DNA from: Octopus sinensis
Taxonomy: Eukaryota
NCBI RefSeq assembly: GCF_006345805.1
Contig: NC_043008.1
Coordinates: 16,120,001 to 16,184,000 of the forward strand
Direction: 5' to 3'
Length of the DNA stretch: 64,000 nucleotides
Below are positions 53,300 through 64,000 of this stretch, piece after piece. The translations under genes and the position numbers were made by a program. How positions within the stretch are numbered: the first letter of the stretch is position 1; every line of letters begins with the position of its first letter. The notes beneath the pieces are model-generated. The model was not told where the DNA came from. It saw only the letters and a program-made list of their open reading frames with translations, and ran no database searches.

Positions 53300-56283
53300 T
53301 AACAGCAAATATCCAGGGTCTTTATCCGAAAACAAAACAGTGTAAAGTCCCTTTCTTGGAAGAATTAGCAACAGAAAACAACTCCAAAATAATTGGAATT
53401 ACTGAAAGTCATCTCAACGAAAACATCCGCAACAGCGAAATCACAATCAATAGATTCAACATCTTCAGATGTGATAGACAAGGCAGATCCCATGGGGGCG
53501 TTATCATGTATATCCATGATACCTATGCATGCATAGAACTTGTCAATGAATCAAATGCCTACTGCAACCTGCTGTGCATAAAAATCATCCAACTTAATAC
53601 AGTTGTAACAATAATGTACAGACCGCCAAACAGCCCAACATTATCCTTCACTGAGCCACTGACGAAGCTCCAACAAATTCTGGGAAACATGGCAAGTCCA
53701 ATGCCAGACATTATCCTCCTTGGTGACTTCAACTTCCCTAACATCATCTGGCCACATGGACACATACTAAAACTGGGGACAAAAGCTGAACAAATACAGG
53801 CAGCCAAACTGTTGGAAGTCACAGAGAAATTATACCTCAAACGAATGATGAGACAGAAGCAACAAGAAAAATAATACGATCGACTTGGTTTTCACCAACA
53901 ACGAGGACACGCTATTTGACCTTCACTCAACCCCAACAATCCTTTCAGACCACAATATTATTGAAATGCATTTACACATTGGTAATGAGCCCAATGCCAC
54001 AACTCTTAAACAAAAGGACATGCCAAAGCTATGCAGGTATGATTATCACCAGGCAAATTGGGAAACTATTAACAACCAGTTACAAATCATTGACTGGGAT
54101 CTCTACCTTACTGGGCCAGATAAACACAAGAAATTCTTAAACAAGATCGAAGAAATATGTGAAAAAAATGTACCTCTAAAGAAAACCAAGTCCACAAAAA
54201 AACTGTACCACGGGAGCGAAAGATCCTGATGCGCAAAAGGTCAAGACTAAGAAACAAAACATCTAAGCTGACATCAAAACATGAATTACAGAAAGTCCTT
54301 GACCAAATATACAGATTAGAAGACAATCTAAAACAACACTATGATGAAGAACGTAAAATGCAGAAAAGAAAGCCATAGAAAACATCAAGAAAAATCCAAA
54401 AGTTTCTACAGTTTTGCAAAGAAATACTCGAACACCAAGTCAACAATAGGACCTCTCCAGAGACAAAATGGGGATGTAGTGAATAACCCTATTGAAATGG
54501 CAGAAATGTTGGGTCAACAGTATGAAAGTGTCTTCAGTGAGCCATCTAAAACCATGAAGATCCATGACCCAGGAAAATTCTTCAAGGATATCGACCATAC
54601 TAAACCTACCCTATCCGACATTGATTTCAACCCAGAAGACATAGCAAGAGCAATAGACAAGCTCTCCATGCACTCGGCTGCGGGGCCTGACGGTTTCAAT
54701 GCCATGATACTTAAAAACTGCAAGGCACAATTGTCGAAACCCCTTTACATGATATGGAGGGAATCTATGGAGAATGGCAAAATACCAAATATATAAAGAA
54801 GCACACATAACTCCAATACATAAAAGGGATAGCAAATCAAAACCAAAGAACTACCGACCAATCTCACTGACATCACACATTATCAAGGTCTTCGAAAGAA
54901 TAGTTCGTGGAAAAATGGTTGAGTTCCTGGAATCCAACAATCTGATGAATTGCAACCAGCATGGATTCAGGTTAGGTAGATCATGCCTTCCCAACTACTG
55001 GCACACCATGACCAAATCCTAGAAAATCTAGAGAATGGATACAACACAGATGTTATCTACCTCGACTTTGCCAAGGCATTTGACAAGGTAGATCATGGCA
55101 TCCTGGGTCACAAACTTCGAAAGCTAGGAGTAGGAGGAAAAGTTGGTACATGGATATAAACGAGTTCCTTACAAATAGAACTCAAACAGTCACTGTGAAT
55201 GGAACCCATTCAACACCATCACCTGTGACCAGCAGTGTCCCTCAGGGTACAGTACTCGGCCCAATCCTGTTTCTCATCCTCATCTCTGACATAGATGAAG
55301 ATACAACCAGCAACGTCTCATCCTTTGCTGATGACACCAGGGTCATGAGACAAATCAAAGACGAGGTGGATACAGAGGCCTTACAAAAGGACCTGACCAC
55401 CATATATAAATGGCAGGAAACAACAAACATGTTGTTCAATGATAAGAAGTTTGAACTAATTCGCTACGGAACAGATCAAGATCTGAAAAATACAACAAAC
55501 TACAGAAACCCATCAGGACAACAAATAATGGAAAAAACAGTATGTGAAAGATTTAGGCATCCACATGGGAACCAACCAAAATTCAGAGAACACCTTGACT
55601 CAGTCTGTCTTACTGCAAGAAAGTACAGCGGGTGGATCTTGCGCACCTTCAAATCAAGAGATACCTCAACAATGAAAACCCTCTGGAACAGTATGATACT
55701 TCCGAGGATTGACTACTGTTCTCAGTTGTGGTCACCAACAACAAAGGGCCAACTATCTAAGATAGAATCGCTCCAAAGAAATTTTACCTCATACTTCTCA
55801 GAAACGAGGGACCTGGACTATTGGCAAAGACTCAAACCTTGAGGATGTACTCAATAGAAAGAAGATTTGAGCGATACCGAATTATATACATTTGGAAAAT
55901 GATAGAGCAGAGAAGGTGCCAAACTTTGTATCACAAACCTACCACTCACTGCGCCACGGAAGACGCTGCCAGCTGTCCACCAATCAACAAAAAGGCTGGC
56001 CAGGCAGCAAAAACCCTGCGAGAATCAAGTCTGTTGGTTCGAGGAGCACAACTGTTCAACTCCATTCGGTACATGTCAGAAATCTATCAGGATGCAGTGT
56101 GGAATCATTCAAATGCAACTGGATAGATACTTAAGCACCATTAGAGATGAACCCATCTCCCAAGGATATACACAACGAGCACAAACTGACTCAAACTCGC
56201 TCCTACACATGTCAAATTTAAGCAGAGAATACAACCTGGCAACCACACCAGACTCTGAGGGTGGAGTCTTCGACTTGGCCTGA
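53293..56283 (+). pseudogene. LINE ORF2 (APE + RT), fragmented
   Basis: ITANIQGL, GITESHL, MYRPPNS, LLGDFNFP, NYRPISLTSH, YLDFAKAFDKVDH, SSVPQGTVLGPILF, SFADDTRV, DEPISQGY..SNSLLHM. Confidence 0.95.
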
Positions 56284-56327
56284 GCATGGACTCAAAACCA
56301 AATGAAATGAAATGAATACATACATAC

Positions 56328-56366
<39 letters not shown>

Positions 56367-56413
56367 AAGAGCAATAGCCTCAAACACTAGGATGTCTAGA
56401 GAACTTACATGTA

Positions 56414-56502
56414 TTTTAGCTGATGAGTACGGGACTCGTTTTATGCTGTAATCTTGGCAACTTTTAATAAACCTGTCCTTGTATGAAACGATCGTACTAA
56501 AA
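56414..56502 (+). ncRNA. Type I hammerhead ribozyme in a 171-bp solo insert (56365-56535)
   Basis: ttttag-CTGATGA-gtacggga..tccttgtat-GAAAC-gatc-GTA|ctaaaa; 6-bp stem I, 8-nt palindrome acgatcgt. Confidence 0.85.
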
Positions 56503-56582
56503 ACCTATCTCCATTCTTGTTGCTTCTTTCTCGCGTATATATATATATATATTATATATATATATATCTATAACATACATAC

Positions 56583-56617
<35 letters not shown>

Positions 56618-57112
56618 ATATTATATATATATATATATATATATAATTTTATCCTTCAACTTATTTCACTCATAAGGACTGCGGCCTTAATTTATTCTTA
56701 CAATATATATTTTATATTCCTTTATCCTATTTCTGTCGTCTACATTACATTTTCATTCCCTTCTCTATCTGATTACAATCCTGTCGGTTTTCTCTGACAA
56801 CTACTTTACTCTCTCCTTATTTCTCTTCACCACTTGCATATTTCTTTTCTTGGTTTCCGTCTCAGCACATTTATAAAAAATTTTGCTATCTTTTCAACAC
56901 CACACATTTGGTATCTGTTACAACATGCAACGAAGTTGTCGACTGATGGTCCCTTGCAGTTAATCATGGAATTACACCTGAAAAATCTGATAGTGGGGTT
57001 CTAAAACAACCACATCGCTGGAACGTATGCAGGGAACCAATGATGTATACTTGTGTCTATCATACTTCTTCATAATATATAAATACCTACATGTACATAT
57101 ATGCCAACATGC

Positions 57113-57143
<31 letters not shown>

Positions 57144-57175
57144 ATTATATATAATATATATATTATATATATATA

Positions 57176-57289
<114 letters not shown>

Positions 57290-57835
57290 GTTGTTGTGTG
57301 CGTGTATGTATAACAAGGGCAACTTAGGCAACCGATTTTGGCCGAAAAATGTTTTTCCGCAGTCAATTTGTTGCTGAACAAAATCTGTTTGGACGTTTTT
57401 AGAATTTGTTTCTGGTCATTGTTGTTACCATTCTATGGAAATGTAGCTTGTGTTGTACAGACCACATGGATCGTTCATTCCTTCTTCCATAAATAGTCTA
57501 CAGGACACATGAAAGCAACAGTATGTTTGAGATCTTTTTTAAATGCTATATATATCAAGAGAGTATCATGTACATTTTAAAGTAGTGTTCTTTTCCACGG
57601 TGGTGACAAAGTTAAATGGCGTTTTGTGACAAAAATGGGCGGCTTCCATATGTTAGAAATCGATGGAAGAATTCTGCCCCCACCGTATTTTCCATGTTGC
57701 CCCAATGTCCGATGATGCACCCTTCAGATATTGTATTGGTAACGACAAACGGTTCCCACACTGAGACAAACACACAACATGCACAAATACACAAATACAT
57801 GTATATTTGTGTTTGTGTATGTGTTTGTGTGCGTA

Positions 57836-57897
<62 letters not shown>

Positions 57898-58523
57898 CTA
57901 GAATCGTATTGTTGAAGACAAAACAACACTTTCAATAAAGCGCTTTCTCTCCATCACAAGAGTTACATAATTTATGAAGAGAATTTGTCTCTATGGATTA
58001 CCATTCGTTTTGTCGGAGCGGTTCGTTATGTAAAGAACTCACTGATTTTCACACCATTTTATGTGTGTGTGTGTTGGGGGGTGCTGTATCTGTGTAGATG
58101 CATGTGCGTATGTGTGCGCGTGTGTATAAACATATAGGTATATGCACTGTTATATTACGTAACTTTTTCTGGATGTGTAAGCTAAAACATGTTTGATACT
58201 CCCATGTGATTTTTACATGCTATCAATTGCATTTCGCCACTATTCCCAACAGCTCGTTGAAATGTTATAACTATTGTTATCAGGCGAATATTTCCTAAGA
58301 GACGAGAAGTGTAATATGATAAAATAACCATGTAACTTTAATTTTAAACTCAGCACGAAACCTCTAGTCTCTCCTGTAAACTGCGAAAGAAATTACATTA
58401 ACTATTCACCAAAAGTAAGTTATATTTGAGTGTTAGCAATACAAAAAATATTTCAAGTATCATCAGGTGTAGTAAATGCCAAAACTATTGCGACTATTTC
58501 AAGAGTAATATATAATATATATA

Positions 58524-58568
<45 letters not shown>

Positions 58569-58598
58569 ATATTATATATTTATATTTATATATATATA

Positions 58599-58673
<75 letters not shown>

Positions 58674-59398
58674 AGTTTATACATATCGAGATCAAAAATT
58701 CTTAAGATTAAGCCTAAAATTCTGATGAATAAAGTAGACTGGAATATGAATACGTAGAAAAAAAAAACTTTATCTGGCGCTCTTACTTCCAGAAATTATA
58801 ACGTGGTGCGCTGCATTGATAACACAGAATAACCATGCTGTTATTAATTGCACCTGCTAAGTATTACGCTGTATTGGCTGACATATAGTAGGCAACGACT
58901 GTCTCCAAATATACTTACGCAAAACTGATACAAATGTTGATCATATATATTAAATAATAACCAACAATGATTTACGATGCCCAATAAATGTTATATCATT
59001 TTTAAATTCCACTGTAATTCTAACCAGGGAAAGTGAGTTATTGTCAATTTTGTTGATTTATTGAAGAAATCATTCTTTTTCTAGAAAACTGAAATATAGG
59101 CATATCCACCCTTTATCTGGTACCAGAATACAAGATAAACACGTCAAAATATCTTCGAATATGTACCCTGTCTTTTCTTACTACTATATCTCACGAAAGT
59201 TTGAAACACAACGGTGTTTAATTAAATTTCATTACGTTGTACATGCAGACATGTAATAGAGAGTTCACGATTTTAAGATAACGATTTAAATTCTTGTTTA
59301 TATTTTTTTATTCATATTTATGTATTTATAGATGGACGCAGGAATATTTTATGGAATCAATGGTATACAATTGGTTAACTTTTGAAAACTTTAAACCG

Positions 59399-59557
59399 AG
59401 TGGCTGTGTGGTAAGTAGCTTACTTACCAACCAGATGGTTCCGGGTTCATTCTTGGGCAAGTGTCTTCTACTATAGCCTCGGGCAAACCAAAGCCTTGTG
59501 AGTGGATTTGGTAGAGGGAAACTGAAGGAAGCCCATCGTATATATGTACATATATAT

Positions 59558-59618
<61 letters not shown>

Positions 59619-59930
59619 GTAGTAACAGAAAAGAGGAATTTCAGTTGTCCCCCACGTAGTGGATTGTAATGTATATAAGAAAAATAAAAACGGAAAATAC
59701 GCACACTTACATGGTTATAGTATAATTTTTAATGTATCGACCGGTTTCGCAATCGCTATTCACGAGTGAATCTCACTATAAACAACATGGATCCATTTTC
59801 TTCTTAAGAAAAATTATATTTTCATATAAATTAAACATTGTATCATGAATAGCGATTGCGAAACCGGTCGATACATTAAAAATTATACTGTAACCGTGTA
59901 AGTGTGCGTATTTTCCGTTTTTATTTTTCT

Positions 59931-59963
<33 letters not shown>

Positions 59964-60215
59964 ATGTGTGTGTGTGTGTGTGTCTGTGTGTGTGTGTGTG
60001 TGTCTGTCTGTTTGTGTGTCTGTGTTTGTCCTCCCGACATCGCTTGACAACCGATGCTGTTGTGTTTACGTCCCCGTCACTTAGTGGTTCGGCAAAAGGG
60101 TCCGAATGAATAAGTACTAAGCTTCCAAAGAAAAGTCCTGGGGCCGATTTGCTCGACTAAAGGCGTTGCCGCAGTCAAATGACAAAAACAAGTCAAAGAT
60201 TAAAAGAGTAAAGCG
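59399..60215 (+). mobile_element. SINE family A interrupted in its internal microsatellite by a 324-bp insert
   Basis: 5' half at 59399-59540, 3' half at ~60020-60215. Confidence 0.85.
59672..59936. repeat. Inverted repeat, 91-bp arms, 83-nt spacer, with a degenerate minimal hammerhead
   Basis: 59672-59762 vs 59846-59936, two mismatches seen; gtatc-ATGAATA-gc gatt gc-GAAAC-cg-GTC|gatac at 59840-59874. Confidence 0.9.
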
Positions 60216-60516
60216 TAAGTTTCATTATGTCAGTATCAAAAGGTAGTCGCTCATCTGATAATCATTGAATACTGAAGGAAATTGGAATACGATGGTTGCT
60301 TAAAACTCTTTATGTATACAGATTATACACCCCATGCACACTTTTATAGACTTGAAATCCAACACTCACCCTCTTCGCCTTATCCTCTTTTTCTCTCTCC
60401 TATGTCTTCAGCTCTTCGCATTTCCTTTAAAATAATCACTTGAAAACGTCAGACAGGCTAAATAACGGAAAAAACTTTGCTAAAAAGTAAGGAGTGACAA
60501 GCAGAATTATTATAAA

Positions 60517-60920
60517 CTATCAGTATAGAACGGCGTTGCTCGGGTTTGTTTTCCTTTCGACCCTTTAGATGTGGAATTTTTGGAAAGTAAAAATTATGCA
60601 TTATGTAGTTTATTATTCTCTTTAAGTGAATGTCTTTCTGGTTGAAATACACCGAAAAATGGCGACACAGCAGTAAAGAAAATCGTAAAAAATAGTGATT
60701 TTCATAGAAAAACGCACATTTTTTATGTAAATAATTTTTGGTGTTATCATGGTCCGATTTGAATTTTTTCTTCTACAAAAGGAAGAGCAACCCGTCTTCT
60801 ACCATACTCCCAATTTTGGTCAACTTGCGCCGCAGGGTCTTGGAGGAGATAGTGCTAGTTGATGGCTACCAAACCTGCCACACACACACACACAGACAAC
60901 TTCAGCTTTATATGTATAGA
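60517..60920 (-). mobile_element. Non-autonomous Helitron, same family as 17576-17941
   Basis: The minus strand starts A|TCtatacatataaagctgaagttgtctg and ends cccgagcaacgccg..ctgATAG|T. Confidence 0.85.
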
Positions 60921-61639
60921 TTATGTAGATATCTTAGTTTCAGTATTCAACGTTTATTTTGCATGCCTATACAAAAATAAATAAAAAAAGATTACTTTGT
61001 ATATCTTTGTAGTAGGACGTATACCTACATCTGCAGAATGACCTAGTTACTGCTGATTCTGAATATAGCCATATCTAACCATTCAAAGGAAGAGAAACCA
61101 TCTACGTGCAGTTCAGTATTTATGTATTCTTTAATTTGATCACTCCCTCACTTCACTTTTAAACTTATTCCTAAACGTAGCACTTAACGTTTTTTTAAGA
61201 TTATAGCATGATTATAAATTTCACTGTTGTCTTCGAATGACGAGTTCTTTTGCAGCATAAATCTTTTCAGAGTAAATCCGCCAGACAAAAGGAAATTTGG
61301 CATTTTTCCTGGAACACGTCAATGACTTAAGTAAGGCAATGTTCCTTGGAAAATTCACGTTAAGGCAAGATAATTCAATAAAGATTCATTCCTGTTATAA
61401 ATGATAAAAAATATACCCTTGGAAGTATTTTCAGCATCTTTGGAAAAAATTTTTTTTGTCGGGTACTTTGTTGTTTTTTTTTCTTTTGATGATATTGACG
61501 TGATATTGGTCATTTTTCACATTTTAATGATTTGTAATAATTTTGACATCGCAAACTTTGTAATTTTTGAGTGTGAGATGTTATATGAATATATGCACAA
61601 GCTTATTATTTATTAATTATCTAATATATTCATATATAT

Positions 61640-62040
61640 GTGGCTGTGTGGTAAGTAGCTTGCTAACCAACCACATGGTTCCGGGTTCAGTCCCACTGCG
61701 TGGCATCTTGGGCAAGTGTCTTGTGCTACAGCCCCCGGGCCGACCAATGCCTTGTGAGTGGATTTGGTAGACGGAAACTGAAAGAAGCCCGTCGTATATA
61801 TGTATATATATATATATGCGTGTGTGTGTTTGTGTGTCTATGTTTGTCTTCCTAGCATTGCTTGTCAACCGATGCTGGTGTGTTTATGTCCCAGTCACTT
61901 ATCTGTTCGGCAAAAGAGACCGATAGAATAAGTACTGGGCTTACAAAAGAATAAGTGCCGGGTTCGAGTTGCTCGACTAAAGGCGGTGCTCCAGCATGGC
62001 CGCAGTCAAATGACTGAAACAAGTAAAAGACTAAAAGAGA
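61640..62040 (+). mobile_element. SINE family A, well-preserved full-length copy
   Basis: tRNA-like head (tggctgtgtggt A-box, ggttcagtccc B-box), internal TA/TG tract, 3' tail ending gactgaaacaagtaaaaga. Confidence 0.92.
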
Positions 62041-62087
62041 GTATATGTATGCATATATATACTCTCTCCTTGTTTCTTTCTGTGTTC

Positions 62088-62123
62088 CTTTCTGTGGAAG
62101 AGCGTAGGCTCGAAACGTTAAAG
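62088..62123 (+). ncRNA. Minimal Penelope-type hammerhead-like motif (A6U variant)
   Basis: cttt-CTGTGGAA-gagc gtag gctc-GAAACGTT|aaag; perfect 4-bp stem II, loopless palindromic aacgtt. Confidence 0.5.
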
Positions 62124-62175
62124 ACATATACTGATGCATCTGTTTCTTTTCTACACCACCTGTCCCGTCGTATAC

Positions 62176-62227
<52 letters not shown>

Positions 62228-62619
62228 TTGCGTTAGAAATTAATTAGCACTTCTCAAATTTCTACATTAAATAGGTTAAATCAATTAACCTCTGAGCTGT
62301 TCAAAACGTCTTACGCGATGAGAAAACTTAGTATGGTGTGATTTCGGTCCTTGCGAGGCGCTACCTATATCTATTAAACAAATGAATTTGTCTGCATCCG
62401 CACTCCAAGTTGTTGTTGCACTGCTATGTCAACATCATAAGGCTGTAGACTCTCAAACTCCTCTACAAACAAAGTTACGTCATCGTTCTGCGCAACAGTG
62501 AACTCGCAACAAAGCAATAGTTCGAGATATGGCCACTAGGTGACAGCACTTACATTGAGTGAAGAGCAAATCAAGGGTGCTAATTAATTTCTGACGGTAG
62601 TGTATGCGTGTCTGTGTGT

Positions 62620-62870
62620 GTACGTGTCTGTGTGTATTTGCGTTTGTGTGTCTTTGTTTGCTCCCCCAAAAAACATCGCTTGACAAACGATGCTGGTGTG
62701 TTTTCGTCCCCGTAACTTAGCGGTTTGGCAAAAGAGACCGATAGAATAAGTACTAGGCCTACAAAGAATAAGTCCTCGGGTCTTTGCTCGACTAAAAGCG
62801 CTGCTGCAGCATGGGTACAGTGAAATGACGGAAACAAGTGACAGAGTAAAAAGACTAAAGAGTAAAGAGT
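62620..62870 (+). mobile_element. SINE family A, 3' half
   Basis: catcgcttgacaaacgatgctggtgtg..gagaccgatagaataagtactagg..ctcgactaaa. Confidence 0.85.
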
Positions 62871-63331
62871 ATAGTTATTTCTTGTTTTCTAGCTGTCGAC
62901 CCAATGCGTTTAGTTAACAAATACAAATTGTTATCGCGCTTTGTCACCGCCAATGAAGCATGTATGGATTTACGTGTCCATGAAATGTTGATTATATCAT
63001 CCATAAAAATTACACAAAGGAGAAAACCGACCAGACACATGGGAAAATAATTACAAATTCTATAAATTTTGTTAAATATGTGGAATAAATCTCATGTGAA
63101 CAGCCCAACCTGTGACGTGTAACAGTGTTCTAGTTTATTTGAAGGATGTTTGTACATTTTCCGTCCAGACAGTTTCAAACACAATAATTAGATCGAGCTG
63201 ATGAAGTGGCAGGAGACACTTGAGAGAGATACGTACCGCATAGTGGTACATATATCGAGACTACGTGATACTAAAATGTAGTTATGTTGCTTGTACACGC
63301 ACACAGGCAATATGCATTATATATGCATATA

Positions 63332-63377
<46 letters not shown>

Positions 63378-63498
63378 TATATATAATATATTATATATAT
63401 ATATATATAGCTATATTGATAAAAATGGTAAGACAACTAAAGAATGAAAGAAGCCTCGATATTATGTAAATAGAGGAATTTATCTGTAAATGCAATAA

Positions 63499-63591
63499 GT
63501 GACAATTATTCGGTAGCCATGATAAAACTCCGAGTTTCCACCTCGGCATCTGAAACTCGGAGTTTTATCATGGCTAGCGAATAATTGTCAC
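63499..63591. repeat. Near-perfect hairpin, 40-bp arms, 13-nt loop
   Basis: gtgacaattattcggtagccatgataaaactccgagtttc / cacctcggcatct / gaaactcggagttttatcatggctagcgaataattgtcac; one mismatch. Confidence 0.95.
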
Positions 63592-63712
63592 ATACTACAT
63601 TTACATATATATAGCTATATATATATATATATATTTATATGTACATTTATTTGTATTTATATGTATTTATATGTATATATATATGTGTGTGTGTATATAT
63701 GTATATATATAT

Positions 63713-63749
<37 letters not shown>

Positions 63750-64000
63750 GTATAAATATACATATGTATGTATTTATATGTATATATATGTGAATATATA
63801 TATATATATATATATATACATAAATGTTTTATGTATGTATGTATATGTATATGTATATATACGTATGAATACAGACGTACACACACAATTATATATATTG
63901 CATGTATGGTATATAAAAATGTCTGTATGCCTTTGTATGTGTGTGTGTGTGTCTGTATCTGTGTCTGTGTCAGACCTTCCTAAAACAGGTAGGTTAAATT

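Larger units (their letters stand above)
51920..56316 (+). mobile_element. Second near-full-length CR1/L2-group LINE (different family), many frameshifts
   Basis: ORF1 with PHD + CCCH fingers; ORF2 with APE and RT motifs; 3' tail (aaatg)3 at 56300-56316. 5' boundary uncertain, no TSD identified. Confidence 0.93.

Noticed and set aside
56935-57065. ctgatgg + long stem (ggtcccttgca/tgcagggaacc)
   Set aside because: GAAA and stem I are missing, so it is not supportable as a ribozyme.
57600-57790. Unique-looking open frames on both strands
   Set aside because: No recognisable domain or clear splice signals.
63195-63240. ctgatgaagtg..cac motif
   Set aside because: The stem is followed by ttgaga rather than GAAA, and there is no stem I.

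Overview
AT-rich eukaryotic non-genic or intronic DNA, dense in (TA)n/(CA)n microsatellites and tRNA-derived SINEs. By inference from repeat style it is a cephalopod (octopus-like) genome. No host protein-coding gene could be called with confidence, and almost all ORFs in the supplied track are microsatellite translations. Recognisable elements: two near-full-length CR1/L2-group LINEs (3115-7740 minus; ~51920-56316 plus), both with CCCH zinc-finger ORF1s; a rearranged HERO-like (R2 superfamily) relic; RTE relics; two mariner fragments; one Tc1 fragment; non-autonomous Helitron-like elements; a hAT-type MITE; and at least three SINE families. The most notable signal is a set of short, mutually unrelated insertions in TA microsatellites that carry type I hammerhead-ribozyme folds (25283-25869, 45166-46232, 56365-56535, 59613-59936, 62061-62175). 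Several are inverted dimers with identical polarity (RNA 5' ends meet in the centre, 3' ends face the TA tracts), and one is a cyclically permuted 487-bp monomer that suggests a circular or multimeric RNA template. All folds and alignments were done by eye and need computational confirmation.
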